Shown: positions 34,070 through 42,778 of the stretch, piece by piece
Numbering within the stretch: the stretch's first letter is position 1
How the letters are laid out: every line of letters starts with the position of its first letter
Sequence record: PZ495249.1
DNA from: a phage
Length of the DNA: 64,000 nt
Reading direction: 5' to 3' (one strand)
The notes under the pieces: generated by a model
Told to the model about the DNA's origin: nothing
Seen by the model: the letters and a program-made list of their open reading frames with translations, nothing else
The model's database searches: none
Position numbers and translations under genes: made by a program

Positions 34070-34268
34070 TAAAATTGTCTTGACACGCGAAGAGTTGAAG
34101 ACTATCATTGAAGACGCATTCATAGATGGTTGGAAGCAAGGGCAAGAATCGGATTGGTACGATGCAGAAGACTTTTTGCACTACCACGCCAATCCAGATG
34201 GTTCTGAGGAAGAAACTCAGTCTGAAACAACCATCGCAATCAAAAACTTAATGGAGGAAAAATTATGA
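34062..34268 (+). CDS. hypothetical protein (68 aa)
   Basis: track ORF; overlaps neighbours. Confidence 0.5.
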   Translation: MSDKIVLTREELKTIIEDAFIDGWKQGQESDWYDAEDFLHYHANPDGSEEETQSETTIAIKNLMEEKL

Positions 34269-35059
34269 GCGAGAAAATTAGTCTGGTGAAACGTCAGGAA
34301 CAACTGGTAATCAGCCTGAAAAAGAAAAAGATTGCACAGATCGTACTGCGCGTTGCATCTGCACTGGATATCTCCGGTAGTATGCACAGCCTATATCGTA
34401 ACGGGACTGTTAGCGATTTCGTTGGTAAACTCCTGCCGTTCGGTATGCAGTTTGACGATAACCAGCAGATCGATATGTGGGCGTTCAACAACTACTCTTC
34501 TGAACTGCCGCCAGCTACCGCTGACGTGTACGATGACTATGTAGGTAAATGTATGCGTAACGTATCCATCAATGGTGGCACGAGCTACGCACCAGTTATC
34601 CAGGCGATCTACGACGAATACTTTGGCTCTACGCCAATGAAAACTGTATCTCGTGAAGTTGAGGTACAAGAGCAGCGTCCGGTGAGCGGTTTCTTTGCCA
34701 AACTGACAGGTAAAACTGAAACCGTTACTGTCAAGAAAACGATCACAGAACAAGTACCAGATACCTCTGCGCCTGTGGATACCACACCTGCAATGGTGTT
34801 CTTCCAGACTGATGGTGAGAACAATGACGAATCCGCAGTACGCGCTGTACTGAACCGTAACAAAGGTAAACCTATCTACTGGTTCATGGTTGGTGTTGGT
34901 AATGCTCGCTTTAGCTTCCTGAAAGCTCTGGCAAATGAATACGATAACGTAGCTTTCATCGGCATTGATGACCTGGATCTGTCTGACGAGCAACTCTATG
35001 ACAAACTGCTGTCTGATGAGTTTGGTCAGTGGGTTGAGAAAGTAGGTGCAAAAAACTAA
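34265..35059 (+). CDS. von Willebrand factor A domain protein (TerY-like)
   Basis: MIDAS motif LDISGSM; vWA fold pattern; directly upstream of TerD. Confidence 0.75.
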   Translation: MSEKISLVKRQEQLVISLKKKKIAQIVLRVASALDISGSMHSLYRNGTVSDFVGKLLPFGMQFDDNQQIDMWAFNNYSSELPPATADVYDDYVGKCMRNVSINGGTSYAPVIQAIYDEYFGSTPMKTVSREVEVQEQRPVSGFFAKLTGKTETVTVKKTITEQVPDTSAPVDTTPAMVFFQTDGENNDESAVRAVLNRNKGKPIYWFMVGVGNARFSFLKALANEYDNVAFIGIDDLDLSDEQLYDKLLSDEFGQWVEKVGAKN

Positions 35060-35164
35060 AAATAGTTGTTGACTTACCCGAAGAAATACGTAGAATAGAT
35101 TACATCAAAGGGGAAGAGCGGTTCTTCCCCCCAGTAAATGAAAACAGAAAGAAGGAGAACATAC

Positions 35165-35767
35165 ATGTCTGAGAAAATTTCCCTGAAAAAAGGTTCCACC
35201 GAAAAGATCTCCCTGAAAAAGATCGCACCTCTGCTGAAAGAGATTCGTCTGGAATTCTCCTGGAAATCATCCACTAAACTGGATCTGGACGTAAGCGCAC
35301 TGGTGTGCCGTCATAATGCCTCTGGTAATCCAGAAATGCTGTCTGCCCGTCACCTGGTTTGCTATGCAAACAAAGTTGATCCAGAGCGTTCAACCTTCGC
35401 TGGCGAAGATGTTCGTGATGGTACTGGCAACCTGGAGCAGATCGATGTTACTCTGAGTAAAATCTCCCAGAATGCAGATGAAATTGCATTCGTGATCACC
35501 ATCGACGATGAAACTGGTCAGAAGCGCCTCGGTCATGCCTCCGAAGGTATGCTGAAAATCTTCGACGCAGAACGTAACGTCGAGATCCTGGACTTTGACT
35601 TCCTTGCACCGGAAGTTGCTGGTAACACCATCTGTCACGTAGCTTCGCTGGTTCGCGAAGATGGCGAATGGAAACTGAAAGCCTACGGTGTTGGTAAAGC
35701 AGGTATGGATATCTGTGATGTGGTGGTAGCATTCGGTGGTGACGTCAACTGGTTTGACTGCCCGTAA
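35165..35767 (+). CDS. terD: TerD-domain protein
   Basis: track ORF 35138..35767 trimmed to Met with AGAAGGAGAA RBS; TerD pattern ISLKKG..LDLDVSAL..GEDVRDGTG..EWKLKAYGVG. Confidence 0.8.
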   Translation: MSEKISLKKGSTEKISLKKIAPLLKEIRLEFSWKSSTKLDLDVSALVCRHNASGNPEMLSARHLVCYANKVDPERSTFAGEDVRDGTGNLEQIDVTLSKISQNADEIAFVITIDDETGQKRLGHASEGMLKIFDAERNVEILDFDFLAPEVAGNTICHVASLVREDGEWKLKAYGVGKAGMDICDVVVAFGGDVNWFDCP

Positions 35768-35782
35768 GGATTAATCTGCCAC

Positions 35783-35800
35783 GGAGGGCGCAAGCCCTCC
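35783..35800 (+). terminator. GC-rich hairpin (weak terminator or RNA-processing site)
   Basis: GGAGGGC-GCAA-GCCCTCC stem without T-run; after terD. Confidence 0.35.
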
Positions 35801-35828
35801 CCACTGAAACTTAAAGAAGGAGAATAAA

Positions 35829-36482
35829 ATGAGTGCATTAGAGAAACTGCGTAGCCTGTTCGAAGAAGATTTTGTTATTGATGTGGACTACAACGCAGCT
35901 AAGAGCCGCAAAGCTACAGCTTTATTTCAAGATGTAAGGGATATGGGTATTCATTTCACCGTCTGCGAGAATTTTGAAGATACTTGGATGGGTAAAACTG
36001 GTTTCACAATTGATAACTGGAACTATATGGGTATCAAAGACGGTGACACCGAGATCGATGACTGCGACTGGAGTGATCGTGATCCTCTCGAAGTAGAAGA
36101 GTTTGAAGAGATGGTTAGTGCAGCAATATCGGAATTCCAGTATCTGCAAAGTTTACCATCTTCAACCACTCTTGCAGTAGGTGTAAATACTGCTCCAGTG
36201 GCAATCGTGTTGGGTGATAATCTGGTAGTTAGCGGTGGTGTAGTTGTCGTCAACTATAAAAACGGTAGTTCTTACCACCTGGAACATGACGGTAAAGCTA
36301 CTCTGATCGTCGCAGACAAGGTGGTAGTCACAGAGCGTACTTTCCTGAAAGATGGTCAACCAGCCTACGAGCGTGTGACTGTCAAACTGGAATCTCTGGA
36401 TAATATTCAGAGCGACACCCTCAAGCTCACCGTCCTTGAAGATGGCGCTAAAGTGGACTTCACCACCACTTTCACACTGTAA
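35829..36482 (+). CDS. hypothetical protein (217 aa)
   Basis: track ORF; AGAAGGAGAA RBS; terminator downstream. Confidence 0.6.
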   Translation: MSALEKLRSLFEEDFVIDVDYNAAKSRKATALFQDVRDMGIHFTVCENFEDTWMGKTGFTIDNWNYMGIKDGDTEIDDCDWSDRDPLEVEEFEEMVSAAISEFQYLQSLPSSTTLAVGVNTAPVAIVLGDNLVVSGGVVVVNYKNGSSYHLEHDGKATLIVADKVVVTERTFLKDGQPAYERVTVKLESLDNIQSDTLKLTVLEDGAKVDFTTTFTL

Positions 36483-36488
36483 CATGAG

Positions 36489-36512
36489 AGGGGCGAAAGC
36501 CCCTTTCTCTTG
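36489..36512 (+). terminator. rho-independent terminator
   Basis: AGGGGC-GAAA-GCCCCT stem plus T-rich tail. Confidence 0.55.
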
Positions 36513-36569
36513 CAAAATCCTCCCTCCTGTGATAGAATAATAGTTCGTAAAACAAAAAGGAGGCAAAAT

Positions 36570-37094
36570 TTGCTGATACGAAACTTTGTAACAATTGCGT
36601 TACTATCATTAACTGCTTTTACATTTACACCTGTAATCGGCGTTGCCGAAGCTGCAAACGTAAAGACCGCTAAAGTAGTCCACAAGTGTACAAAGCGAGA
36701 TACGAAAGAAAATCTTTTAGCTTGTGCAATGTACGCAGAGAGCCGTAACCAAGGAAAGAAAGGAATGGCTGCTGTCGGTAATGTTGTTCTGAATCGTGTT
36801 AACGATCCTCAGTTCCCTAAGACCGTCAAAGGTGTTCTCTTCCAACCAGGACAATTCTCATACACGTATAAAGGCGCATTTAATGTCGTCGAAAAGGACA
36901 GATGGCAGGAGGCAAAGCATATTGCTGATCGCTTAATCTACCTTGATAAGAACTTCCCCGAAGCTCGTGATGCAACAGATGTAACGAAAGGGGCTAAGTA
37001 TTTCAAAAAGAAGAATATCCGTACCCATTGGGAGAAGGATATGATCTTGGTGTACCGTTACAAGGAACATCAATTCTATATACCTAAGAGCTAA
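36570..37094 (+). CDS. SleB/CwlJ-family cell-wall hydrolase with N-terminal signal anchor (endolysin candidate), TTG start
   Basis: track ORF 36510..37094 trimmed to TTG 6 nt after AAGGAGG; CAMYAESRNQG...GNVVLNRV...FQPGQFS hydrolase motifs. Confidence 0.7.
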   Translation: MLIRNFVTIALLSLTAFTFTPVIGVAEAANVKTAKVVHKCTKRDTKENLLACAMYAESRNQGKKGMAAVGNVVLNRVNDPQFPKTVKGVLFQPGQFSYTYKGAFNVVEKDRWQEAKHIADRLIYLDKNFPEARDATDVTKGAKYFKKKNIRTHWEKDMILVYRYKEHQFYIPKS

Positions 37095-37103
37095 GGAGAA
37101 AAT

Positions 37104-37385
37104 ATGCAGGATAGACATGTAGTGGTGGCGAGTTATTTGATGATTGGACTCACTGAGGAGGATGCTCTGTACATCCGTAAACACCTCGAAAGTTATGGTC
37201 AGATGTTCGTGGAGGAAGATGAGAACCCAAACGTGTTTCACGTAGAGGTTATTCACGACTCTATCTATCCTTGCATAGCTCTCAAGGTTGATGCAGAGGT
37301 GTGGGAACGTTTTTCACGATCTCACGACATGGTAGAACTCAGTGCTACGATGGCACAGAATAACATCTTGGGAGCAGTACATTGA
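37104..37385 (+). CDS. hypothetical protein (93 aa)
   Basis: track ORF; AAGGAGAAAA RBS. Confidence 0.55.
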   Translation: MQDRHVVVASYLMIGLTEEDALYIRKHLESYGQMFVEEDENPNVFHVEVIHDSIYPCIALKVDAEVWERFSRSHDMVELSATMAQNNILGAVH

Positions 37386-37609
37386 TGGCAGATATCATCG
37401 AAGTTAATTTTCGTACTAAGAAACGTATTGAGAAGTACACAATCCTGAAAAATGTTTGCGTTGTGTGTTTCAACAGTGTAATCTATGACTCTCGTCGGGA
37501 AGATAACTCCCCGTATATTGAACTTGAAAAGAACAAAGGCAATTGTATCTGTAAAGATTGTGCCGTAGCCATTAAGGAGGTTGTTGATGCAAACGAATGG
37601 GACAAATGA
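37382..37609 (+). CDS. Cys-rich small protein (75 aa)
   Basis: track ORF; CVVC...CICKDC pattern. Confidence 0.5.
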   Translation: MMADIIEVNFRTKKRIEKYTILKNVCVVCFNSVIYDSRREDNSPYIELEKNKGNCICKDCAVAIKEVVDANEWDK

Positions 37610-37784
37610 TGTAGAGGTGTTTGATGACCTGACTCAGGTGACAGACGAGAAGCTCTTGAAGCTGCGCGATGTGGCTGGTGATCATCTCCAGGAGACTTTC
37701 ACAGAGTACATGGCTGCACGAGATCGCTCTATTGCCATTCAGTTGGAGCTACAGAATCGTGGCATTGTGAAGCCTAAAGATTAA
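37587..37784 (+). CDS. hypothetical protein (65 aa)
   Basis: track ORF 37581..37784 trimmed to Met after AAGGAGG. Confidence 0.45.
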   Translation: MQTNGTNDVEVFDDLTQVTDEKLLKLRDVAGDHLQETFTEYMAARDRSIAIQLELQNRGIVKPKD

Positions 37785-37846
37785 TAGGCAATACCGATTG
37801 GACATTTCCACTGATCGGTGCTAAATTAACATTACAGGAGGGAGAA

Positions 37847-38410
37847 ATGATCTTCCACATTACTCCCTATCTTTCTGGTGATATCGGCAAAGGCATCAAC
37901 GATACCATCCGTGAACTGCCGGAAGATAGTTGGATTTGCTTGAGGGATATCGACACGATGTTCCTACTACCAGAACAACCGATGTGGCTTGAAACCCTCG
38001 TCCGTTCTAACCCAGAGTATGATGTTATTGGTGCATCATGCAACCGCTTGGGATCTACTTACCAATTGTTCGGTAACGAAATAAGTGACGATTCAGACAT
38101 ACGCAATCACATAGAAATTGCGAAAGCAGCCCGAACAGCCTGGGGCAATAGCATTGAAGATGTTCCTCTGGGAGTACCACTTGCAGGATTCTTCTTATTA
38201 TTCAGGAAGAGTTTGTGGCAAGAAATTCCATTCGAAGAAAGATCTATTCAATTCGATTTAATCTTCTCTAATACTCTACACGCAGCAGGAAAGCGATTAG
38301 GAATCATGCGAGGAATGTATCTGTTCCATACTTATCGTCTTGGAGCAATCGATCCACGTAGAGCCATTTCGCATCTCATTCACTGCCAGGATATGGAGAA
38401 GGTAATATGA
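37847..38410 (+). CDS. hypothetical protein (187 aa), possible sugar-nucleotide transferase
   Basis: track ORF; CAGGAGGGAGAA RBS; heads a three-gene block with two glycosyltransferase-like paralogs. Confidence 0.55.
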   Translation: MIFHITPYLSGDIGKGINDTIRELPEDSWICLRDIDTMFLLPEQPMWLETLVRSNPEYDVIGASCNRLGSTYQLFGNEISDDSDIRNHIEIAKAARTAWGNSIEDVPLGVPLAGFFLLFRKSLWQEIPFEERSIQFDLIFSNTLHAAGKRLGIMRGMYLFHTYRLGAIDPRRAISHLIHCQDMEKVI

Positions 38411-38436
38411 TTGATAATTTAAGGAGGATGTTAAAC

Positions 38437-39405
38437 ATGCTTGTTCATAAGCCCCGCTTATATTGTGATAACAAGTTAGGGAGTGGGTGCGACTATCACC
38501 GAGTGGTGATGCCTTTTGCTGATAATAAATTCAAACCAAAAGAGAATGTATTGGTGTTCAACCGTATTTATTCTCGTGGTGCAGAAGAGGTTCGCCGTCT
38601 GAAAGAGCGTGGTGTTAAAGTGGTAGTAGATTTAGATGACTTCTATGAACTTAACCCTGAGCATTACCTGGCAAGCGTGTTCACAAGTCACACACAGAAC
38701 ATCATTGACATGGTGAAATTAGCAGATATTGTTATCGTCACCACTGAATATCTGGCTTACAAGGTAAGGCCACTGAATAGAAATGTGGTGGTTATCCGTA
38801 ACGCACTGCCTTTCGACACTGGTCAGTTTACCCTGAGTGAAGATAAAGAGTCAGACACTCCGCTGATATGGGCGGGTGGTGCAAGTCACTATCCTGATCT
38901 ATCTCTTGTCTCGAACAGTTTTGATGATGATTTGTTAACAATTGCCGGATATGAAGAGCACAAGTCTGCTCCTGCTGGTAGTCATCAGCAATTGACAACT
39001 GCCGAGTGGAGAAAAGTCAGACGTAAGCTACCAAATGCACAATACAAACCAGCAGTACATCATTTAGGCGAGTATATGTCGGTGTACGATGGTCATGCCG
39101 TAGCTATTGCTCCCTTGGTTGATAACGACTTCAATGCTTGTAAAAGCAACTTGAAGATCCTGGAGGCAGGAGCTAAGGGACTACCTATCATTTGTTCTAA
39201 GGTGTTACCATATTATAATCCGGTGGATGCTAACGTGGTGTTTTATGCTGAATCCCGCGCAGAATGGCACTACGAGGTGGTGAAACTTCTTCGTAATCCA
39301 AACTACGCAGAGGATCGTGGTTTAATGCTTGCAGAACACGTCAGAACACATTACAATCTTGATGATGCAAATGAATTGCGCCGACAAGTGATCGAAAGTT
39401 TATAA
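38437..39405 (+). CDS. putative GT-B-type glycosyltransferase, paralog 1
   Basis: track ORF 38407..39405 trimmed to Met after AAGGAGG; C-terminal KSNLKILEAGAKGLPIICS motif. Confidence 0.6.
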   Translation: MLVHKPRLYCDNKLGSGCDYHRVVMPFADNKFKPKENVLVFNRIYSRGAEEVRRLKERGVKVVVDLDDFYELNPEHYLASVFTSHTQNIIDMVKLADIVIVTTEYLAYKVRPLNRNVVVIRNALPFDTGQFTLSEDKESDTPLIWAGGASHYPDLSLVSNSFDDDLLTIAGYEEHKSAPAGSHQQLTTAEWRKVRRKLPNAQYKPAVHHLGEYMSVYDGHAVAIAPLVDNDFNACKSNLKILEAGAKGLPIICSKVLPYYNPVDANVVFYAESRAEWHYEVVKLLRNPNYAEDRGLMLAEHVRTHYNLDDANELRRQVIESL

Positions 39406-39413
39406 GGAGTTCT

Positions 39414-40358
39414 ATGCCTAACATTGTGCTTGACACACGCGACGGACATAATTATAGTGTCTGTGATTTCCATAGAATTATCCTTCCATACAAACGAGCG
39501 CTCACCATTAACCCACAACACAATATCTTCGTGTTCAATGGTGTGCCTACTCGTGGGAAGTCAGGATTCCTGGCTCTCAAACAACTTGGTTTCAAAATGG
39601 TTATGGATCTTGATGACTCTCTACATATTCCAGAAGGACATATGCTTGAGGACTTGTTTGATACCCGTATCCGTGATGACCTCAAGTGGTTTTTGGAACG
39701 GAGTGATTTGGTAACAACAACTACTCCTGCTCTCCAGAAAGAACTCTCAGAATATAATGACAACGTGCATATTGTGCCGAATGGTTTGCCTTTCGATGAA
39801 TGGCAATTCACCATAACAAAGGATCGTTATTCTAAGAGTCCACTGGTGTGGGCTGGCAGTGAAACCCATAAACATGACTTGGCAATCCTACCGCCCCTCG
39901 GTAAGATGCTAACACTCTGCGGATTCCGTAGAGACAAAGAAGAGCTAAGTAGCTTGCAATGGATATTGATACGAGAAGATATTCAACCTGATTGTATCTA
40001 TGAAGGTGTCCGACCATACGCCACTTACATGGAATCGTATGACGGTCATCAGGTGAGCATTGCTCCACTTGTGGATAATCCTTTTAATAATGCAAAAAGC
40101 AATCTCAAGATTCTTGAGGCTGGAGCCAAAGGCTTACCGCTGATTTGTTCTCCTCGTGAGAATTATTTCACCGAAGAGTTTAAGGATCTGGTTTACTTTG
40201 CCGATTCATTATCCGAATGGAAAGATCTGGTAGAATACTTAGTAGAGTCTCCAGATATTTGTGTTGAAAAGGGAATGGCCTTAGCCAAATATGTACGTGC
40301 TCAATACAGTATTGACGCATTAAACGAGACTCGTAGATTACTTATTGAGAGGTTGTAA
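39414..40358 (+). CDS. putative GT-B-type glycosyltransferase, paralog 2
   Basis: track ORF; AAGGAG RBS; same C-terminal motif (KSNLKILEAGAKGLPLICS) and overall colinearity with paralog 1. Confidence 0.6.
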   Translation: MPNIVLDTRDGHNYSVCDFHRIILPYKRALTINPQHNIFVFNGVPTRGKSGFLALKQLGFKMVMDLDDSLHIPEGHMLEDLFDTRIRDDLKWFLERSDLVTTTTPALQKELSEYNDNVHIVPNGLPFDEWQFTITKDRYSKSPLVWAGSETHKHDLAILPPLGKMLTLCGFRRDKEELSSLQWILIREDIQPDCIYEGVRPYATYMESYDGHQVSIAPLVDNPFNNAKSNLKILEAGAKGLPLICSPRENYFTEEFKDLVYFADSLSEWKDLVEYLVESPDICVEKGMALAKYVRAQYSIDALNETRRLLIERL

Positions 40359-40627
40359 TGAACACATTCGATTTTGAATATAACTTGCCGTCCGGCACTC
40401 CTGTAATTGTCGAAGTAGATTTCTTCTACGAAGAACCAAATCCATTGTCTCGTGAAAGTGATTGGGACTTCTACGGTGGACTCATCATTGATGATGTTCG
40501 TGTCTATGATGGAATGGAAGAAATATCCAACGTAAGTATTACAGGTGCAGAAATAGCTTTCCAATTTAAGAAATACAAGGAAGACTTGGAACTTAATTAT
40601 GTAATGGAGAGCAACGAATATTTTTAA
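40358..40627 (+). CDS. hypothetical protein (89 aa)
   Basis: track ORF; overlaps stop of upstream gene. Confidence 0.55.
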   Translation: MNTFDFEYNLPSGTPVIVEVDFFYEEPNPLSRESDWDFYGGLIIDDVRVYDGMEEISNVSITGAEIAFQFKKYKEDLELNYVMESNEYF

Positions 40628-40639
40628 CAGGAGAAACCA

Positions 40640-42409
40640 GTGACACATGTTGTAAATAAGTACGGCTTTAATATTGATTTGAGTCGAGAAGGTCACACTG
40701 GTTGTCCACGTTGTATGAAGAATGGTAGAGATCGTTCACAGAATAACTTGATGGTATATGGGTTAGATAGTGGCGGTGAGCACAAAGGAGCACACTGCTT
40801 CTCATGCGAATTTACCATTCCGAGTCAAGAATGGTTGGATGAACACGGTGAAGAAATTGAAGAGGAGGATATCTTGGGAAGCGAGTTCAACCCACAAATT
40901 CATGATAAACTGAAAGAACAAACCGGAACAAACCCACGAGGCTATCGTGGAATCCGAGAAGATATTTCAAAACCCCTGGGTGTACGTTATGGTTATGATG
41001 CTGAAACAGGCAATGTGACAGACACATATTATCCAACCACTAAGAGCTATCAGATCGCAGGTTATAAACACCGCATTGATCCGAAAGACTTTACGCAACC
41101 CGTAGGGGAAACAGGTAAAGAATGTGACCTGTTCGGTGAGTTTAAATATCGAAACCACAGTGGTACAATCGTCATCGTAGGTGGTGAGCATGACATGCTT
41201 GCAGCTACACAGATGCTGATGGATCATAACAAAGGTGGTAAATACCCTGTGCCAGCCGTTGTCTCTGGTACATGCGGTGAGAGTTCCCTGCACAAGCAAC
41301 TGCAATCACGCTACAAGTTCCTTGATCAGTTCAAGAAAATCATTCTCTGCATGGACAATGATGATGCTGGTAGAGCAGCAGTAGAGAAGTGTGTTAAGAT
41401 TCTACCTCGCAACAAAGTGTACGTGATGGACTTAACTGAGGTTAAAGATCCTAATCAGGCACTTGAAGAAGGGAAGGTTGATCACTTCATTGACCGATTC
41501 TTTAAAGCGAAGATGTACACCCCTGCTGGTGTATACGCATCAAACGTCCTGTACGAGGCTGCATTGGAATGTTTGGAGGCTAAGGTCATAACCCTACCGC
41601 CATTCATGCGACAGGCTGCTAACATGCTTGGAGGCGGTTTGGTGGAGGAAGAGATTACTGTTATTCTGGCTAAAACCAGTATCGGTAAAACTCTCCTGGT
41701 GAATGAGATCACCAAACACATTATCATGGCGCACCCAGAGCATACTCTTGGCGTTCTTTCCTTGGAGGCAACGTACAAGAAGTATTCTCGTAACTTGCTG
41801 TCATCTTTCCTGCACATTCCTCTGCACCGTAAAACGGCAGAAGAGAAACAGGAGATCCTGAAAGCGAATGAGGAGAGAATTCGTAACTTCTACGAGCACG
41901 AAGACGGCACTCCACGTTTCTACGTGTGTGATGACCGAGGAGCTAACGTAGACGTTATCAAGGAAAAGGTTCTGGAGATGATCATCTACTTCGGAGTGAC
42001 AATCCTTGTTATCGACCCTTATTCTGACTTGCTTTCTGGTATGGATGTTTCCGCGCAGGAAGAACTCGCAACTTGGCTGAAACGTATTATGAAAGAGTAC
42101 GGTATCACTATTATCGTAATCTCTCACGTTAAGAAGTCTTCCAATAACAGCAATGAACACATTGTGGAAGATGATGCAATGGGTAGTAGCTTCCTGGCTA
42201 AAGGTGCTGGTATCACCATCGCACTGGAACGTGACAAACAAGCAGAAGATCCAATGGAACGAAACCGTACATATTGCTACATCCTCAAGAACCGTGAGTT
42301 CTCTGAGACAGGTGCAGCAGGTAGTTTCTTCTATGAAATCAAGACTGCTACCCTTCATGATTACGATCAGTACATGAACAAACTGCCTGTACCCGAAGGT
42401 AGTTATTAA
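40640..42409 (+). CDS. bifunctional DNA primase/helicase (T7 gp4-like), GTG start
   Basis: N-terminal Cys4 zinc ribbon; TOPRIM-like acidic motifs (MDNDDAG); C-terminal P-loop KTSIGKT. Confidence 0.85.
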   Translation: MTHVVNKYGFNIDLSREGHTGCPRCMKNGRDRSQNNLMVYGLDSGGEHKGAHCFSCEFTIPSQEWLDEHGEEIEEEDILGSEFNPQIHDKLKEQTGTNPRGYRGIREDISKPLGVRYGYDAETGNVTDTYYPTTKSYQIAGYKHRIDPKDFTQPVGETGKECDLFGEFKYRNHSGTIVIVGGEHDMLAATQMLMDHNKGGKYPVPAVVSGTCGESSLHKQLQSRYKFLDQFKKIILCMDNDDAGRAAVEKCVKILPRNKVYVMDLTEVKDPNQALEEGKVDHFIDRFFKAKMYTPAGVYASNVLYEAALECLEAKVITLPPFMRQAANMLGGGLVEEEITVILAKTSIGKTLLVNEITKHIIMAHPEHTLGVLSLEATYKKYSRNLLSSFLHIPLHRKTAEEKQEILKANEERIRNFYEHEDGTPRFYVCDDRGANVDVIKEKVLEMIIYFGVTILVIDPYSDLLSGMDVSAQEELATWLKRIMKEYGITIIVISHVKKSSNNSNEHIVEDDAMGSSFLAKGAGITIALERDKQAEDPMERNRTYCYILKNREFSETGAAGSFFYEIKTATLHDYDQYMNKLPVPEGSY

Positions 42410-42412
42410 TAA

Positions 42413-42432
42413 AAGGGGCGCAAGCCCCTTGA
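42413..42432 (+). terminator. hairpin, weak terminator
   Basis: GGGGC-GCAA-GCCCC stem with short T-run; after primase-helicase. Confidence 0.4.
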
Positions 42433-42448
42433 CTTAGAGGAGAGAATT

Positions 42449-42766
42449 ATGATACAGTTAAAAGGTTCCGTAACGACAGTCGAGAGAATGGATGTAGAAG
42501 TTACCCCGCAGGAACTATCCAAACACACAATAAAGAACTTCACCCCTTACGAAATAACCCGCATGGCTTATGCAAGTTGGCTTGCTGGCAAGGGTATGGG
42601 GACAGATGTTCAACTCAAACAAAATTCCCTTGGTGCATATTATTTTCAAGAGTATGAAAATAATGGGAGCCATTATTCAGGTTATTACGAAGTGAGTAAT
42701 GCATACAAGGAAGGTGACGAAGTTATTTGGGAGCAATTCCATCAGCTACTTAATACATTAAAATAA
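42449..42766 (+). CDS. hypothetical protein (105 aa)
   Basis: track ORF between primase-helicase and polymerase. Confidence 0.55.
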   Translation: MIQLKGSVTTVERMDVEVTPQELSKHTIKNFTPYEITRMAYASWLAGKGMGTDVQLKQNSLGAYYFQEYENNGSHYSGYYEVSNAYKEGDEVIWEQFHQLLNTLK

Positions 42767-42778
42767 TTAGGAGGGAAA

